Virus record (IMG/VR): IMGVR_UViG_3300033148_005363
Span: 1-64,000 of that record
Origin: a virus
DNA: 64,000 nucleotides
Strand: one strand, 5' to 3'
This document shows, piece by piece, positions 25,878 to 36,230 of the stretch (position 1 is the stretch's first letter; each line of letters starts with the position of its first letter). Made by a program: the position numbers and the translations under genes. The notes under the pieces are model-generated. The model ran no database searches and was not told where the DNA came from. It was given only the letters and a program-made list of their open reading frames with translations.

Positions 25878-28295
25878 TTACTGATCCTGGAACACCACGA
25901 AGCTGAAATCCTCGTCAACGTACGAGATGTCCACAGCCCCGGCTGTGTCGTTGATCTTCCGCAGTTTCACCACGATCGGGTTCGTCAGAGGGTCAGTCAC
26001 GCAGGCCATGATCGCGTCCTTCTCCGTCCCGCGGTCGCTGCATGTCACCACCACGGCGCGTCCTGTCATCGCCGCGCCCGCGTCTATGTCCAGCACGATA
26101 GAGTAGGTCCCGACTGCCGTGTTTGTCACGCTCAACACGTTGAAGTGCCCGCCGGTAATTCCTCCGGCGGCAGCGCACTGAGCCCAGGCCGTGGCGATCC
26201 GGCGCTTGCTTACGTGGTTGCGTTGAGTTACATTGAGAGGCACTTCCAGATCCCGATCCAGTTGCACATAGTCGCAGGCCAGCCCAGTCCACGCCCCGGC
26301 CAACTTCGCCTGCCACTGCATCCCGCTCCACGATGCCACGTCGTCCTGCGTTCCCAGGGTGAATACATCCGCGTCCATGGTGGACTTCGCAGCAAACAGC
26401 CCTTTCTCCGCGTAGAAGGCATAACCAGCGTCCGTCCGCGTCTTGCCCCAGAACGGCACTGGATCGTTTGAGGTAGCCGCCGAATGGTCAACTTTGATTC
26501 CGGCCTTCGTAGAATCGCCAGCAGCGACGCGGCTGGTCAGCACGATCGAATCCTGTGCCGGATCCATCTCGCCAGACAGGAGTAGCCCGTTCCCGTTCTG
26601 CGCCAGCCGCACCAGAGCGGTAAACGTGTCCGCCGAATCGCTGGCGTACATGCTCAGGCCGTACGTGGTGGAATCGTCCACCTCGATAGCCAGACCGCCA
26701 ATCCCGGCTGTCCCGGCCCGGAGAGTTCCAAGGTTGCCAGTCCCGCCGACCACGTCGAAGAACTGTCCGCCGACCACGTTAGCGTAGATCCCCGTCCCGT
26801 CCTTCGGAAGCAGGTGCAGGGCCTCGTAGCCGTTCGCCCCAGCGTCGTTGTTCTCCAGCCACGCCCCATAGGACGCTGTAGCGTACTGAGCGCTTCTGGT
26901 GAGGGCATGGAACGCGTAACCCTTGTCCGGATCCTCCGCAAAGGGGGACTCGTCCGCAACTGACACGCCCCAACTGGAACTGGCCGAATCCGCCCCCCGG
27001 TTCACCACCTTCACGCCGAACGGATTATCAGCATTCAACCCACCGAAGAAGGCATTGACCGCCGTGCCCTTCGCTGTGGATGCCAGCAACGCCACGGACA
27101 GATCCGAAGGTGTGCCCACGTAGCAGGATAGCGCCGACGGGTCTCCGCCGTCGTCGAACAGATTGTAGACCAGTCCGGCATACGCGTCCGAGTTCCCCTG
27201 GACACTGAAAAAGCTACCGACGTTCGCCGCGTTGTCCGCCTGCGTCAGCAGCAGCCCGCCGTCCGCCGCCGGGGAGAACGCCAAGGTAGAGAACGTGCCA
27301 GCGCCAGCCCCGTCGTCGCCGCGCACGTACAACTGCCCAGCCGTCTTCCACAATTGGATATCGCCAGCCACCGGGGCCTGGTTCGTGCTGGGGTCCACCA
27401 TCAGGCCGGAGAACCGCACGTCCGTGTCCCACATCGCAGCCCCGGCCACCAAGCCGTCCACCACCCCGTCGATCTCGTCCAGCGCTCCCTGCACCTCCGT
27501 CGCCGCCAAGCCCGAAGCCGCGTTGTCGAAATCAATGTCGTCCGCGTCGTGGTGGTCCCCCGTGCCGTCGAGGTGCCCCGTCATCCAGTCATCGATCTCG
27601 GCAAGTGCGTCGCTCACGCTCGGCCCCGTCGCGTCGCTGAACCCCGTCGTCGGGAAGTTGGTGAAAACCCCGTTGTCCTTCAGGGTAATCGCGCTGTCGT
27701 ACCCCAGACGAAGGAGTTGTGTCCGATCGAATTCGATGTCGCCAGCCGCGATGGTCAGGTCGTTCCAATGCAGGAGAACATCGCACAGGACCACCCGATC
27801 CGTCGGCACGCTGGGTTTCACCGCAAAACCGATCAGTGCCTCAGCGCCCTGGTACACCTCGTACACGACCCCGGGGTCACGCTGGTAGTAGACCGTGTCC
27901 CCGTTGCCGTCCACGCGCGGATCCGAGAGGACCCAATCGAACGCCGCGCAAACAGCAATGTACTTTTCGTTTACGTTCAGGAGGACCGCCGTGGGAGTCC
28001 CCTGGTAGTCCTCCGAACAGTCAATGTTGATCACGAGAGACGGATCGTAGAGGAAGTTCCCGTCCACGTCCCACGCCCGCAGCGGACCCGGAACATCGAT
28101 GGTCATGTCCTCCGGCGCGTTGGGACCCGGAACCTCGGGGGCAGCAAGGGGAGGCTCGCCAAACCAATCGCCCAGCCAAACGCCCTTAGCCTGCGTCGCC
28201 CGCAAGGTCATCAGAGCGGTCTGAGCCGCCCCGAACGCCGCATCCATCTCACCCTCAGTGACCCGCTGCCGGTAGAACCAATCGTAAAGTCGCAT
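25878..28295 (-). CDS. Tail fibre / receptor-binding protein
   Basis: Last baseplate-module gene; LAATEVQGALDEI repeat; Gly/Ala-rich beta region; terminal AVGTYSI motif. Confidence 0.75.
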   Translation of the reverse strand: MRLYDWFYRQRVTEGEMDAAFGAAQTALMTLRATQAKGVWLGDWFGEPPLAAPEVPGPNAPEDMTIDVPGPLRAWDVDGNFLYDPSLVINIDCSEDYQGTPTAVLLNVNEKYIAVCAAFDWVLSDPRVDGNGDTVYYQRDPGVVYEVYQGAEALIGFAVKPSVPTDRVVLCDVLLHWNDLTIAAGDIEFDRTQLLRLGYDSAITLKDNGVFTNFPTTGFSDATGPSVSDALAEIDDWMTGHLDGTGDHHDADDIDFDNAASGLAATEVQGALDEIDGVVDGLVAGAAMWDTDVRFSGLMVDPSTNQAPVAGDIQLWKTAGQLYVRGDDGAGAGTFSTLAFSPAADGGLLLTQADNAANVGSFFSVQGNSDAYAGLVYNLFDDGGDPSALSCYVGTPSDLSVALLASTAKGTAVNAFFGGLNADNPFGVKVVNRGADSASSSWGVSVADESPFAEDPDKGYAFHALTRSAQYATASYGAWLENNDAGANGYEALHLLPKDGTGIYANVVGGQFFDVVGGTGNLGTLRAGTAGIGGLAIEVDDSTTYGLSMYASDSADTFTALVRLAQNGNGLLLSGEMDPAQDSIVLTSRVAAGDSTKAGIKVDHSAATSNDPVPFWGKTRTDAGYAFYAEKGLFAAKSTMDADVFTLGTQDDVASWSGMQWQAKLAGAWTGLACDYVQLDRDLEVPLNVTQRNHVSKRRIATAWAQCAAAGGITGGHFNVLSVTNTAVGTYSIVLDIDAGAAMTGRAVVVTCSDRGTEKDAIMACVTDPLTNPIVVKLRKINDTAGAVDISYVDEDFSFVVFQDQ

Positions 28296-28317
28296 GGCTA
28301 TCCTCCCCAGTCCGATC

Positions 28318-30141
28318 TTAGTGGAGATCGGTATTCACGTCCAGATCCGACATTCCGAGTTCCCAGTGATCCACGTCCTCCGGGACAGCGGGCTCAATGA
28401 AGTTCACGAAGTGCTCCTCCGCCCGCTTCATCCAATTCACTACCCATCGGACTTTCTTCTTCGTCTCCGCGTCCAGTACCACCGGCACCTCGAGGCCGAA
28501 GGAGAACTTCCCCTTCAGCCCGCTTGGTCCCAGAATCCACTCGTCTGTCCCCAACTCCGAACCGTCCCCCACCCCAGCGTCACCGCCCCAGGATCCGAGG
28601 GTCATTGTCGTCGTCAGTGACGGCACCACGGTTACCGGATCGAGGTCGAACAGGAACCGCACCGCCGCCTCGATCCCCGCAGCGACCCCCTTCATGGAGT
28701 AGAAATACCAGAGGTTCACGGCCAGGATCCGCTTCTTCGCCACGTCGAGGCCCAGCCAATGGAACGGATTTCCCATGTCAGCCAAGATCAGATCCAGCCA
28801 CTCCTCCGGCGCCGTATCGGGATCCTCAAGGACAGCAGGGTACGAATCGGCCAGCATCATCCCGATGTCAAACTGATCCTGAAGGACGCCGAAGATCCGC
28901 CGCAAGTCACCCGAGATGTCGTCACCGCGCCGGTCCTCTTCGTTCGCTGCCCGCAGGTACAGGTTGTAATGCGGTCGCCGACCCAGCACCGTGAACTGCA
29001 TCTGCCCCGCGTCGAGCCCCGAAAGCACCGCCTCGTCCGACACCAGAAGGTCCGGGATCGAAGCGGGGTCACCAGACAAAACGGTGTTCGGCACCGGATA
29101 CGCGAGGTCCACGATGTTCTCGCAATTGAGCACGTAGAGGCCGTCAGGTGAAAGGTACGCGTCAAGCGTGAGCAGGAAGCCCGTGGCGCTCGTCGCCAAC
29201 ACGCTCGCCACCGTCGGCTCATTGGCGGGGATATACCGATCGGTCTGGAGTTGCGGCACCCCCGTGATCACCCAGTTAGCAGGGTTCAGCGCGTCGGTTG
29301 CTCCCCCCGCGTCCTCAGCTAGCACCGCCTCAGACATCTCGACCCGGATCATCGTGAGCCCGTCGGACGCCACGGATGTCGGAACGGGCGCCGTTTCCTC
29401 CGCAGTGCTGAATCGCCACGTGTACGACGTGAGCGCGCCCACCACGGGGAGGATCTCCAGCACCACCTCCACGTCCTCATCGGGGTCGAACGCCACGACG
29501 CGCCGGAACGTGAACCGGACACCGCTCCCGGGCAGGGTATCCTCGTACCCCTCCCAGCCCGCTTCCCAGGCCAGCCCGTTGCGAACGATCACCCCGTTCA
29601 CCGTCACCACCGTGTCGGCAAGCGAGATCCCTGTGCTGTGGAATGCCTCAAAAGAAATCCAAGTCGCCTTGTCCGCGAATGGGGAATTCGACTCAGGGGT
29701 CTCGTTCAGGATCACAGGGGTCGCAGCCCCCGGGTTGGATTCGGTTACGCGCCCCAAGAAGAGAGACGGGAGGAAGTGGTCCTCAGCAGCGTCCAATTCC
29801 ACGCCCAAGAAGTTCGCAGTGTCACCCGCCCCGCCTGCCACGGGATCACCCGCCGCGCTCCAGATGGTACCGCTCGCCTCAGCCTGGTACCCCACCCCGT
29901 CAGCAAGCGCCCCGTCAAACGTGATCCTGAAGTGCTGCCCGTCCCCGAAGTCCGGGTCCTCACCCACTGCCAGGATAGTCAGCCCGGCAACAGGGAGCCC
30001 CGTCGCCAGCACCAAAACCCGCCAACTCGACACGGCCAACGCCGAATGATCCCCCTGTGTCTCCATCGCCTGATCGAATGCCACGAGCACCAAGTCGGTG
30101 GGCGTGCCGTGAACAGCCGATGTAAGTAGGGGGTTCGCCAT
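28318..30141 (-). CDS. Baseplate wedge protein (P2 gpI-like C-terminus) with Ig-like N-terminal domains
   Basis: DPDTAPEEWLDLILADMG..YSMKG..GIEAAVR. Confidence 0.7.
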   Translation of the reverse strand: MANPLLTSAVHGTPTDLVLVAFDQAMETQGDHSALAVSSWRVLVLATGLPVAGLTILAVGEDPDFGDGQHFRITFDGALADGVGYQAEASGTIWSAAGDPVAGGAGDTANFLGVELDAAEDHFLPSLFLGRVTESNPGAATPVILNETPESNSPFADKATWISFEAFHSTGISLADTVVTVNGVIVRNGLAWEAGWEGYEDTLPGSGVRFTFRRVVAFDPDEDVEVVLEILPVVGALTSYTWRFSTAEETAPVPTSVASDGLTMIRVEMSEAVLAEDAGGATDALNPANWVITGVPQLQTDRYIPANEPTVASVLATSATGFLLTLDAYLSPDGLYVLNCENIVDLAYPVPNTVLSGDPASIPDLLVSDEAVLSGLDAGQMQFTVLGRRPHYNLYLRAANEEDRRGDDISGDLRRIFGVLQDQFDIGMMLADSYPAVLEDPDTAPEEWLDLILADMGNPFHWLGLDVAKKRILAVNLWYFYSMKGVAAGIEAAVRFLFDLDPVTVVPSLTTTMTLGSWGGDAGVGDGSELGTDEWILGPSGLKGKFSFGLEVPVVLDAETKKKVRWVVNWMKRAEEHFVNFIEPAVPEDVDHWELGMSDLDVNTDLH

Positions 30142-30143
30142 GT

Positions 30144-30584
30144 CTAGCCCTCAAGTTGCAGGCGCATCGTCAGATCGTGATCGCCAGCCAAGTCCTCAAC
30201 GAAGATCCCGCGCCGGGTGTAGAACCCCTCGGTCCCCGCCGCCGGCCTATGCCGGTACCGCTCTTCCCCGTCAACCAACACCACCACCGACCAAAGAAGC
30301 CCGTCCGCGTTCGCCGGGACCTGCGTGAGGTGGTACCCGAAAGAAATGGTCTCCGCGTCGGTGAGGTCCACGGTCTGTTGCACCTGGACCAACTCCCCAG
30401 CCCGGGCGGCGATCTGATCCACCGCTACCCGCCGACTTCCCATGACCATCACAAACTCGGTCTCCGGTGAACTCTCGAATGCACCGTCAGGCCCCGTACC
30501 CGCCCGCGTAGGCCATCCCGACGCGGACGCACCCATGCGCCCATGCAAAAACCCTTTCGCGTGCAGAGTGCCGGGCTGGGACAC
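30144..30584 (-). CDS. Baseplate-region structural protein
   Basis: Position; beta-rich. Confidence 0.5.
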   Translation of the reverse strand: MSQPGTLHAKGFLHGRMGASASGWPTRAGTGPDGAFESSPETEFVMVMGSRRVAVDQIAARAGELVQVQQTVDLTDAETISFGYHLTQVPANADGLLWSVVVLVDGEERYRHRPAAGTEGFYTRRGIFVEDLAGDHDLTMRLQLEG

Positions 30585-30593
30585 GGAGGCCTC

Positions 30594-31286
30594 CTAGAGT
30601 TGACGCGCCAGGGTGAAGTGATCGACAGCGCCGCGCCTGGTCACGTCCGTCGCCGCGAAGCCGAACCCCGATCGGCCAGTGGTGTACGGCTGGCTCCCCG
30701 TGGCGATCCCGAGCTGGTCATCCGTGAAATCAGCCATGCCATCCACGGCTGCCCATACGGGCGCGGTGACAGGATTCGCACCGAGGTCGTTCCTCCAGAC
30801 CTTCAGCACCACGTCGTCGTTCGGCTGCCGGATCACGTCCAGTCGGAGGTGCGCCCATTCGTCGATGTCCACCGCGTCGTCGGACACGCGCAACACCTGC
30901 ACGTCCACGGGCTCAGGGACCCCCGTGATAATGGCCCCCTTCGCCAGCACGATCTTGCTCGGGTTGCTGTCGCTCAGCCCCAGCAGATACGCGTTGTCCG
31001 ACACGTCCGGCCCCTGCGCGCAAGCGATCAAAAACGTCGAGAACCCGATAGGCCCCCCCGACGTGATCCGTTGCACGGCCCCCGTGATCTTGCAGCCCTT
31101 CGCGTGGGGCACGAAGTTCACCAAATCAGTGAAGAGTGCCACCGCCCCGGAGACAATCTCCAGACTGTTGAAGCCGTAGCAGTAGCTCCCCCCCCCGTTG
31201 GGTGGCGTGATGCCCGCCGTTGCCCCGCGGTCCAGAACGGACTGATCGAGGCTGTTGGTGAAAAATGTCCAGTCCGCTGCGCCCAT
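30594..31286 (-). CDS. Baseplate-region structural protein (beta-sandwich-like)
   Basis: Position; GGAGG-type RBS context. Confidence 0.55.
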   Translation of the reverse strand: MGAADWTFFTNSLDQSVLDRGATAGITPPNGGGSYCYGFNSLEIVSGAVALFTDLVNFVPHAKGCKITGAVQRITSGGPIGFSTFLIACAQGPDVSDNAYLLGLSDSNPSKIVLAKGAIITGVPEPVDVQVLRVSDDAVDIDEWAHLRLDVIRQPNDDVVLKVWRNDLGANPVTAPVWAAVDGMADFTDDQLGIATGSQPYTTGRSGFGFAATDVTRRGAVDHFTLARQL

Positions 31287-31296
31287 GGCGTCCCCC

Positions 31297-31869
31297 TTAC
31301 ATCGTCGTCATTTGATCGTCCGGGTTGCCCCAGAACGTGTCGATACTGAAACTCTCCCAGAGCGAAGCGCCCTCGAAGATCGCCGCCGTCGCAGGCAGGA
31401 CGCTGCCGTCCGGGGTCCGCTCAAAGTCCTCAAACACCTGCGATCCACCGTTCACGTCGTCCACGTAGAGGGCTCCGGCGATGGCAAACACCGGCTCGTC
31501 GCGCTCAAAGTCGTCGACCGGCTGGGTCCCGCCGCCTACCTCGTCCACAAACTCCGCACCCACGATGTTCACCAGGTCATCAATGAACACCGATCCCGCC
31601 GGCCACTCAGCCTCGAAATCCTCGACCCGATCATCTGGATCGTCTGCCTCGTTCTGCGTGTACTCAGCGACGCCAGCCAGCATTGGATCGACCCAGTCCG
31701 GCACCGAGAATGTGTCGCTGCATGTGACTACCAGATCGCCAGCGCCCGGGGGATCCGTCTCCACGTACTCAGCGCTAACCTCACCCTTCGGAATCCCCGT
31801 AAGATCCCAGGACTCTGCGTCCCCGGGGCCGGGTCCACCGATTGACCAGTCGCCGTTTCCAACAGGCAT
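31297..31869 (-). CDS. Acidic baseplate-region protein with EDFE repeats
   Basis: VEDFE, VDDFE, FEDFE, WESF repeats; overlaps the gpJ stop. Confidence 0.55.
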   Translation of the reverse strand: MPVGNGDWSIGGPGPGDAESWDLTGIPKGEVSAEYVETDPPGAGDLVVTCSDTFSVPDWVDPMLAGVAEYTQNEADDPDDRVEDFEAEWPAGSVFIDDLVNIVGAEFVDEVGGGTQPVDDFERDEPVFAIAGALYVDDVNGGSQVFEDFERTPDGSVLPATAAIFEGASLWESFSIDTFWGNPDDQMTTM

Positions 31870-33386
31870 CAGAACTCCAATCCGGTGTCGCCGTTGATGA
31901 GGGTCAGCGTCCCGAGCTTCGGGAACTCCCGCAGAGCCAGGACCACGTCATCCACAGGAATGAAATCATCCTCTTCCACCTTCCGAACGCCCCCCGCCTG
32001 CTTCACGGTCACGAACAGATCGCCCCAAGTCATCATCGGCTCAGGCTCGCCATTCTCGTCGAACCGATAATACCCGAAGTCGACCCCGTCGTTAGCCGTA
32101 CCGTCCGCGTTGTTGGGCCGGAACTGCGCCTGCAACGCTGCCAGGATATTGGCACGCACCTGGGACTCCGTGTACCCCTGCTGTGGCCACACCCGGGCCG
32201 AGATATCAATGGTATTGAAGACCGCTGCCTGCACCTGGAAATCAAAGGTCGCGGGCCAGGGGTAGTTGTCCTCAAGGTAATCGTAGACCTGCTCAAGCAA
32301 TTCAGGAGGCGCGGTGTCCGCGGTCACCGAGTTCGGCATGACGTAGAGGATCCCCGAATTCTCGTCCACCGTAGGATCGATGTCAGCAACGGCCATGAAC
32401 ACGCGGCCCACGGAGGTCAGCCGCAAGGCATTCACCTCGTAGTCCTCGCGGCCCACGCACCTGGTCAGCGCCGTAGCGTAGAGCGGGATCAGGGCCTTGC
32501 CCATTTCCTTGCTCATCATGTTCCCGCCGCCGTCCGCGTCCGTGGTGTTGGTCACCGCCAAGAGCACCGGCGCTCCGTCCGCATCCGAAATCGGATCCAG
32601 CACCCGGGTCAGCATCCCGGCCGTGACCTGGTTGCCGTCACTGCCGCCCCCCGTCCTGTACGCCACGGCGATGTTGCTCACGGGAACGCTCCCCGTGATC
32701 CCGTTCCCGAATTGGAACCGGGCCTTCCCGTTCGCGTCCGTCTTCCGCGCGTAGTGGCGATCCGTGCTCGTCGACAAGGACAGCGCTGCGACCTTGACAT
32801 AAAGCCCGTCCCCCGCCTGCACCGTCTCTGAATCGTCCAGGTAGGGCGTAGAGGGCAACTCGATCTGTTGCCAGGCCCGCTCCGTCGATGTGAAGTTCGC
32901 CGCGTGCAAGGTGCTGTGCGATGCGTCCACCGCCACCGAGGCCACCCCCGCCGGGAGCACGGTGACCACCGAGGTCGAGAAAATCAGCGGATCGGCAAGG
33001 CCCTGGGTGCGGACTTGGGTACCAGCAGGAATCGGGATGTCCTTGTCGTGTGTCCCCCCGCCGCTGATCGTGAACAGCAGCGCCGTCTCCGCGGCGATGG
33101 CACCCGGCAGATCGAACCCGATCAGCCCCGCCTTCGCCACGATCGATCGCCGCAACCGCGCCGTCCCGTACTTGCTCTCCAGGCTCTCGTTGTCCACCCG
33201 GCACACCACGATCTCGCCTACATGAAACATCGTCTCCATCAGGAGGGTCTCAATACCAGGCACCATGACCAGGGACGGGAACGCCTGCTGAATGAGTTGC
33301 AGGACCCGGGCGCGCATGGAGTCGTAATCCATGGCCGTGAAATCAGGATGCGGGTCAGGGACATAGTAGGGGCTCGGCTGCGGCAT
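31869..33386 (-). CDS. Baseplate J/gp47-like protein
   Basis: DFTAMDYDS, FGNGITG..P, YRTGGG..GN, RCVGREDYE. Confidence 0.88.
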   Translation of the reverse strand: MPQPSPYYVPDPHPDFTAMDYDSMRARVLQLIQQAFPSLVMVPGIETLLMETMFHVGEIVVCRVDNESLESKYGTARLRRSIVAKAGLIGFDLPGAIAAETALLFTISGGGTHDKDIPIPAGTQVRTQGLADPLIFSTSVVTVLPAGVASVAVDASHSTLHAANFTSTERAWQQIELPSTPYLDDSETVQAGDGLYVKVAALSLSTSTDRHYARKTDANGKARFQFGNGITGSVPVSNIAVAYRTGGGSDGNQVTAGMLTRVLDPISDADGAPVLLAVTNTTDADGGGNMMSKEMGKALIPLYATALTRCVGREDYEVNALRLTSVGRVFMAVADIDPTVDENSGILYVMPNSVTADTAPPELLEQVYDYLEDNYPWPATFDFQVQAAVFNTIDISARVWPQQGYTESQVRANILAALQAQFRPNNADGTANDGVDFGYYRFDENGEPEPMMTWGDLFVTVKQAGGVRKVEEDDFIPVDDVVLALREFPKLGTLTLINGDTGLEF

Positions 33387-33387
33387 T

Positions 33388-33807
33388 CTACACCTCCACC
33401 TCAAACTCACCGGACATCGTCCGCTCGATCGGGGCACCCGTCATCGCCCGCGCAAGCGCCTGACCAATCGCCCACTTCACCGTGATGTAAAACGCCGCAC
33501 CGTCCACCCGGTACGAGGTCCGAACCCGGACGCCCGGGAGGTCGCGCTCAAAGGCGTCGAGGATAAAATGCTGCGCGAGCTCCGCAGTGGCGATCGAACG
33601 TCCCCGCCGATGCTTCAGGAGATGGACGGCTGTCCCCCGCCCTGGATCCCAGGGGGTTTCCCCGACGCTACGTGTTGTGGTGCATCTCGTCCCGGTCACG
33701 CGCTGAACGGCTTGCTGGATGATCACCGCGGGGGTCCGGGTCTGCGCGAACCCTTTCCCGCTCGCCACGAACGGCGTTCGCAGTGCTACGATATCGCCGG
33801 TCACCAT
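33388..33807 (-). CDS. gp25/GPW-like baseplate wedge protein
   Basis: GETPWDPGRGT motif; position before gpJ. Confidence 0.65.
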   Translation of the reverse strand: MVTGDIVALRTPFVASGKGFAQTRTPAVIIQQAVQRVTGTRCTTTRSVGETPWDPGRGTAVHLLKHRRGRSIATAELAQHFILDAFERDLPGVRVRTSYRVDGAAFYITVKWAIGQALARAMTGAPIERTMSGEFEVEV

Positions 33808-33862
33808 CCCGCCACCTCCACCGCAATGATCCTACATGAACACAGGCGCACCCTACAACCCC

Positions 33863-34399
33863 CTAGATCGGATCGATCCCCGTCGCTACCGGGCGTCCCC
33901 TAATGGTCACCAGGGGCGCGTCAATATCGATCTGGCCCACTGACTCCAACAGCAACTTTGTGATCCCCGACAACCGGACAGTCCCGGCCTTGCCGTCCAT
34001 GTCCAGAATCTCCGTCCCCCCCGTAGACCGCAGCGTCCACCGCGGGGACTCCTCGCGCTCGTCTATGATCATGACAAAGGGATCCCATTTGAAAACCTGT
34101 ACATCGGGGTACCCGTCCCGGGCCTCCTCGGGGAGATCATCCTCCCCGAACCCAGCGGGCATGTACCACGCATGTTCCGGGTTGTTGCCCGCGAACCACA
34201 CGGCAACCGCGTCCTCCTTCTTGAGGCTCCACACCTGCCCCCGCTTCTGGCCCCCGAGCCCGAGCGGACGCGCCCACCCCGTCGGCTCTGCGATCCCAGG
34301 GAGGTACACCTGGACCCGGCCCTGCTCATCGGGATCGTCCACGCTCCAGACTTCGCCTACGTGCATACCCGCCAGGTGCTTATTGAATCCGGCTGTCAT
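33863..34399 (-). CDS. Baseplate spike (gpV/Vgr OB-fold)
   Basis: DDPDEQGRVQV..P..WARP..VAVWF..N. Confidence 0.85.
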   Translation of the reverse strand: MTAGFNKHLAGMHVGEVWSVDDPDEQGRVQVYLPGIAEPTGWARPLGLGGQKRGQVWSLKKEDAVAVWFAGNNPEHAWYMPAGFGEDDLPEEARDGYPDVQVFKWDPFVMIIDEREESPRWTLRSTGGTEILDMDGKAGTVRLSGITKLLLESVGQIDIDAPLVTIRGRPVATGIDPI

Positions 34400-35871
34400 T
34401 TCTTGCCCTGGAATTCCAGCACTGTTTCGCCGCTCTCCAGATCCACCATCTCCACCACCTCCACCGCGGGGTCGCTCTGCGTGGACTCATCAAGGAGGTT
34501 GTACTTGGCCCCCTCTGGCGTCGCGGGCCCCATGGCCTCGTCGGGGGTGCTCGCCTCCTTGCCCTTGGTCTTGACCTTCGCGGGGCCAGCAGCTTTCTTC
34601 AGCCCGTCAGAATCCAGTTTCAGGATCGTCTTGTACCCGCCCCCCGCCTTCCGATCATGGACGCAGCTGGTAACGTAGTATTTCCCCTCGAACATCGGCG
34701 CCCCGGGGACCTTGAACCCGACCACCTGCCGGGCCTCGCGCTGCGGATCCCCGATGATCACCAGCGTCCCCTTCACGACGGCCTGCCTTGCCCGCTGGTA
34801 CGCCGCACGGGCAACCCTGCGTGCGTCTGCCCTCGTACCCATGGGAAGCGCTATCACGCGCTCGTGCGTGGCTCTGTCCACCTCCTCGGTGAGTTGGACG
34901 CTGGTCTTCAGCACGTCCTCAGTGAAGCCGCTCTCCATGTCCACCACTTCAATCGTCTCGGGCGCGATGGTGCTCCGCGGAGGGGCTGGCTGGTTCAGGG
35001 TCACGCCGTAGCTCTGATGGAGAACGTCGACCATCGCCGCGGGCATACCCTGCAGCGCCAGTTCGTTCTCCGTAGCGAACTCGTCCCCGTCCACGTCCCC
35101 CTCGTAGCCCACCGGGGAGTAGCCGCCCGTCGTCGGGAGGTCCGTGGTGTTCTCGTTGTCAGCCACCTCTTCGATCGTCTCCCGCGTGTTCGGATCATAG
35201 GTCCGCACCCGCACCCGCGCTGGCACGATCGCCACGTCGGTGTCCGGTGTGAACGAAAGCACCCGCGCGTTGCCCCCTCCCAGGTGGTACACGTACACGT
35301 CCGCTGGCTCCTGATCCGCGGGCCGCTGCTTCCAGTGCAGCCCGTCCGGATCAATCCAGAACTCGAACCCCTCCCGCCGTGCCAGCCACGTGAGAAACTG
35401 AGCGTCGGTCATCTGGCTTTGGATGATATGCGGGAAAACCTCGTCGGTCTCCTGGACGTACTGCATCGCCGGAGGGTATCCGAGATCCAGCGCTATCCCT
35501 TCCGCCACCTCGGACCGTCGCAGGCCCTCCCAGGTCCGCGTCCGCGTGTCCCCGTGGGCCAGGATCTTCTTGCCGAACAGTTCAAGGGTGAGTTTGCGAA
35601 ACCCCTTCACGTGCTTCAACTCGAAGTGCCACTCCCGGCTCAGGTTCCCGGGGTACCCCCAGCGACAACCCAGGATGGTACCTGGCACCAGCCACTTTGA
35701 AAGGGGCGGGGAGAAGCACTGAAGGCTCCCGTTGTCGACCTGGAAAGTTGCCTTGGCCACCTTCCGCTCGTCATCCTCCACCCGGAACGACAGGAGCCGG
35801 AGCGGGAAAGGCTCGAAGTCGCCCGACTTGCGGATCGCACGAATGAGCAGGATGGGAGCATCGGGGTCCAT
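34396..35871 (-). CDS. Baseplate hub / late control D-like protein
   Basis: QSQMTDAQFL..LARREGFEF, IGDP, GKYYVTSCVH..GYKT. Confidence 0.8.
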   Translation of the reverse strand: MDPDAPILLIRAIRKSGDFEPFPLRLLSFRVEDDERKVAKATFQVDNGSLQCFSPPLSKWLVPGTILGCRWGYPGNLSREWHFELKHVKGFRKLTLELFGKKILAHGDTRTRTWEGLRRSEVAEGIALDLGYPPAMQYVQETDEVFPHIIQSQMTDAQFLTWLARREGFEFWIDPDGLHWKQRPADQEPADVYVYHLGGGNARVLSFTPDTDVAIVPARVRVRTYDPNTRETIEEVADNENTTDLPTTGGYSPVGYEGDVDGDEFATENELALQGMPAAMVDVLHQSYGVTLNQPAPPRSTIAPETIEVVDMESGFTEDVLKTSVQLTEEVDRATHERVIALPMGTRADARRVARAAYQRARQAVVKGTLVIIGDPQREARQVVGFKVPGAPMFEGKYYVTSCVHDRKAGGGYKTILKLDSDGLKKAAGPAKVKTKGKEASTPDEAMGPATPEGAKYNLLDESTQSDPAVEVVEMVDLESGETVLEFQGKK

Positions 35872-36230
35872 CAGATCCCCGCGACACCGAGGCTCAGCCG
35901 CCAACGCATCAGATCAGGTACGATGTCCTCAGACGGCGCGTAGACCGTCCGGCTGCCGTCCATGAGCTCGGTAGGGTCCACCGCGGGCACGGGCTGAAAC
36001 TCCATCAGCAGCCAGACCAAGCACGTCCCCCCACGCGGGTAGTTGGGGAATGCACGCGCCGCCAGTTGGTACCAGGTCTCACCACCGCGGACGTCCAAAA
36101 CCCTGTTGCCTGACAGGTCCCGGAACCCCACTGGATCGGGGAGATCGAGGTAGAGGATGGTCCCCCGCTTCGGATCCTCGATATGCCGAGCCCGGTACCC
36201 GATAAATCTGCTCCATGCCCGGGGACCCAT
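35871..36230 (-). CDS. Tail X/LysM-like baseplate protein
   Basis: VRGGETWYQLAAR..W..EFQ..DP. Confidence 0.6.
   Translation of the reverse strand: MGPRAWSRFIGYRARHIEDPKRGTILYLDLPDPVGFRDLSGNRVLDVRGGETWYQLAARAFPNYPRGGTCLVWLLMEFQPVPAVDPTELMDGSRTVYAPSEDIVPDLMRWRLSLGVAGI

Noticed and set aside
25878-28295. Diversity-generating retroelement acting on the tail fibre
   Set aside because: No reverse transcriptase and no template/variable repeat pair seen
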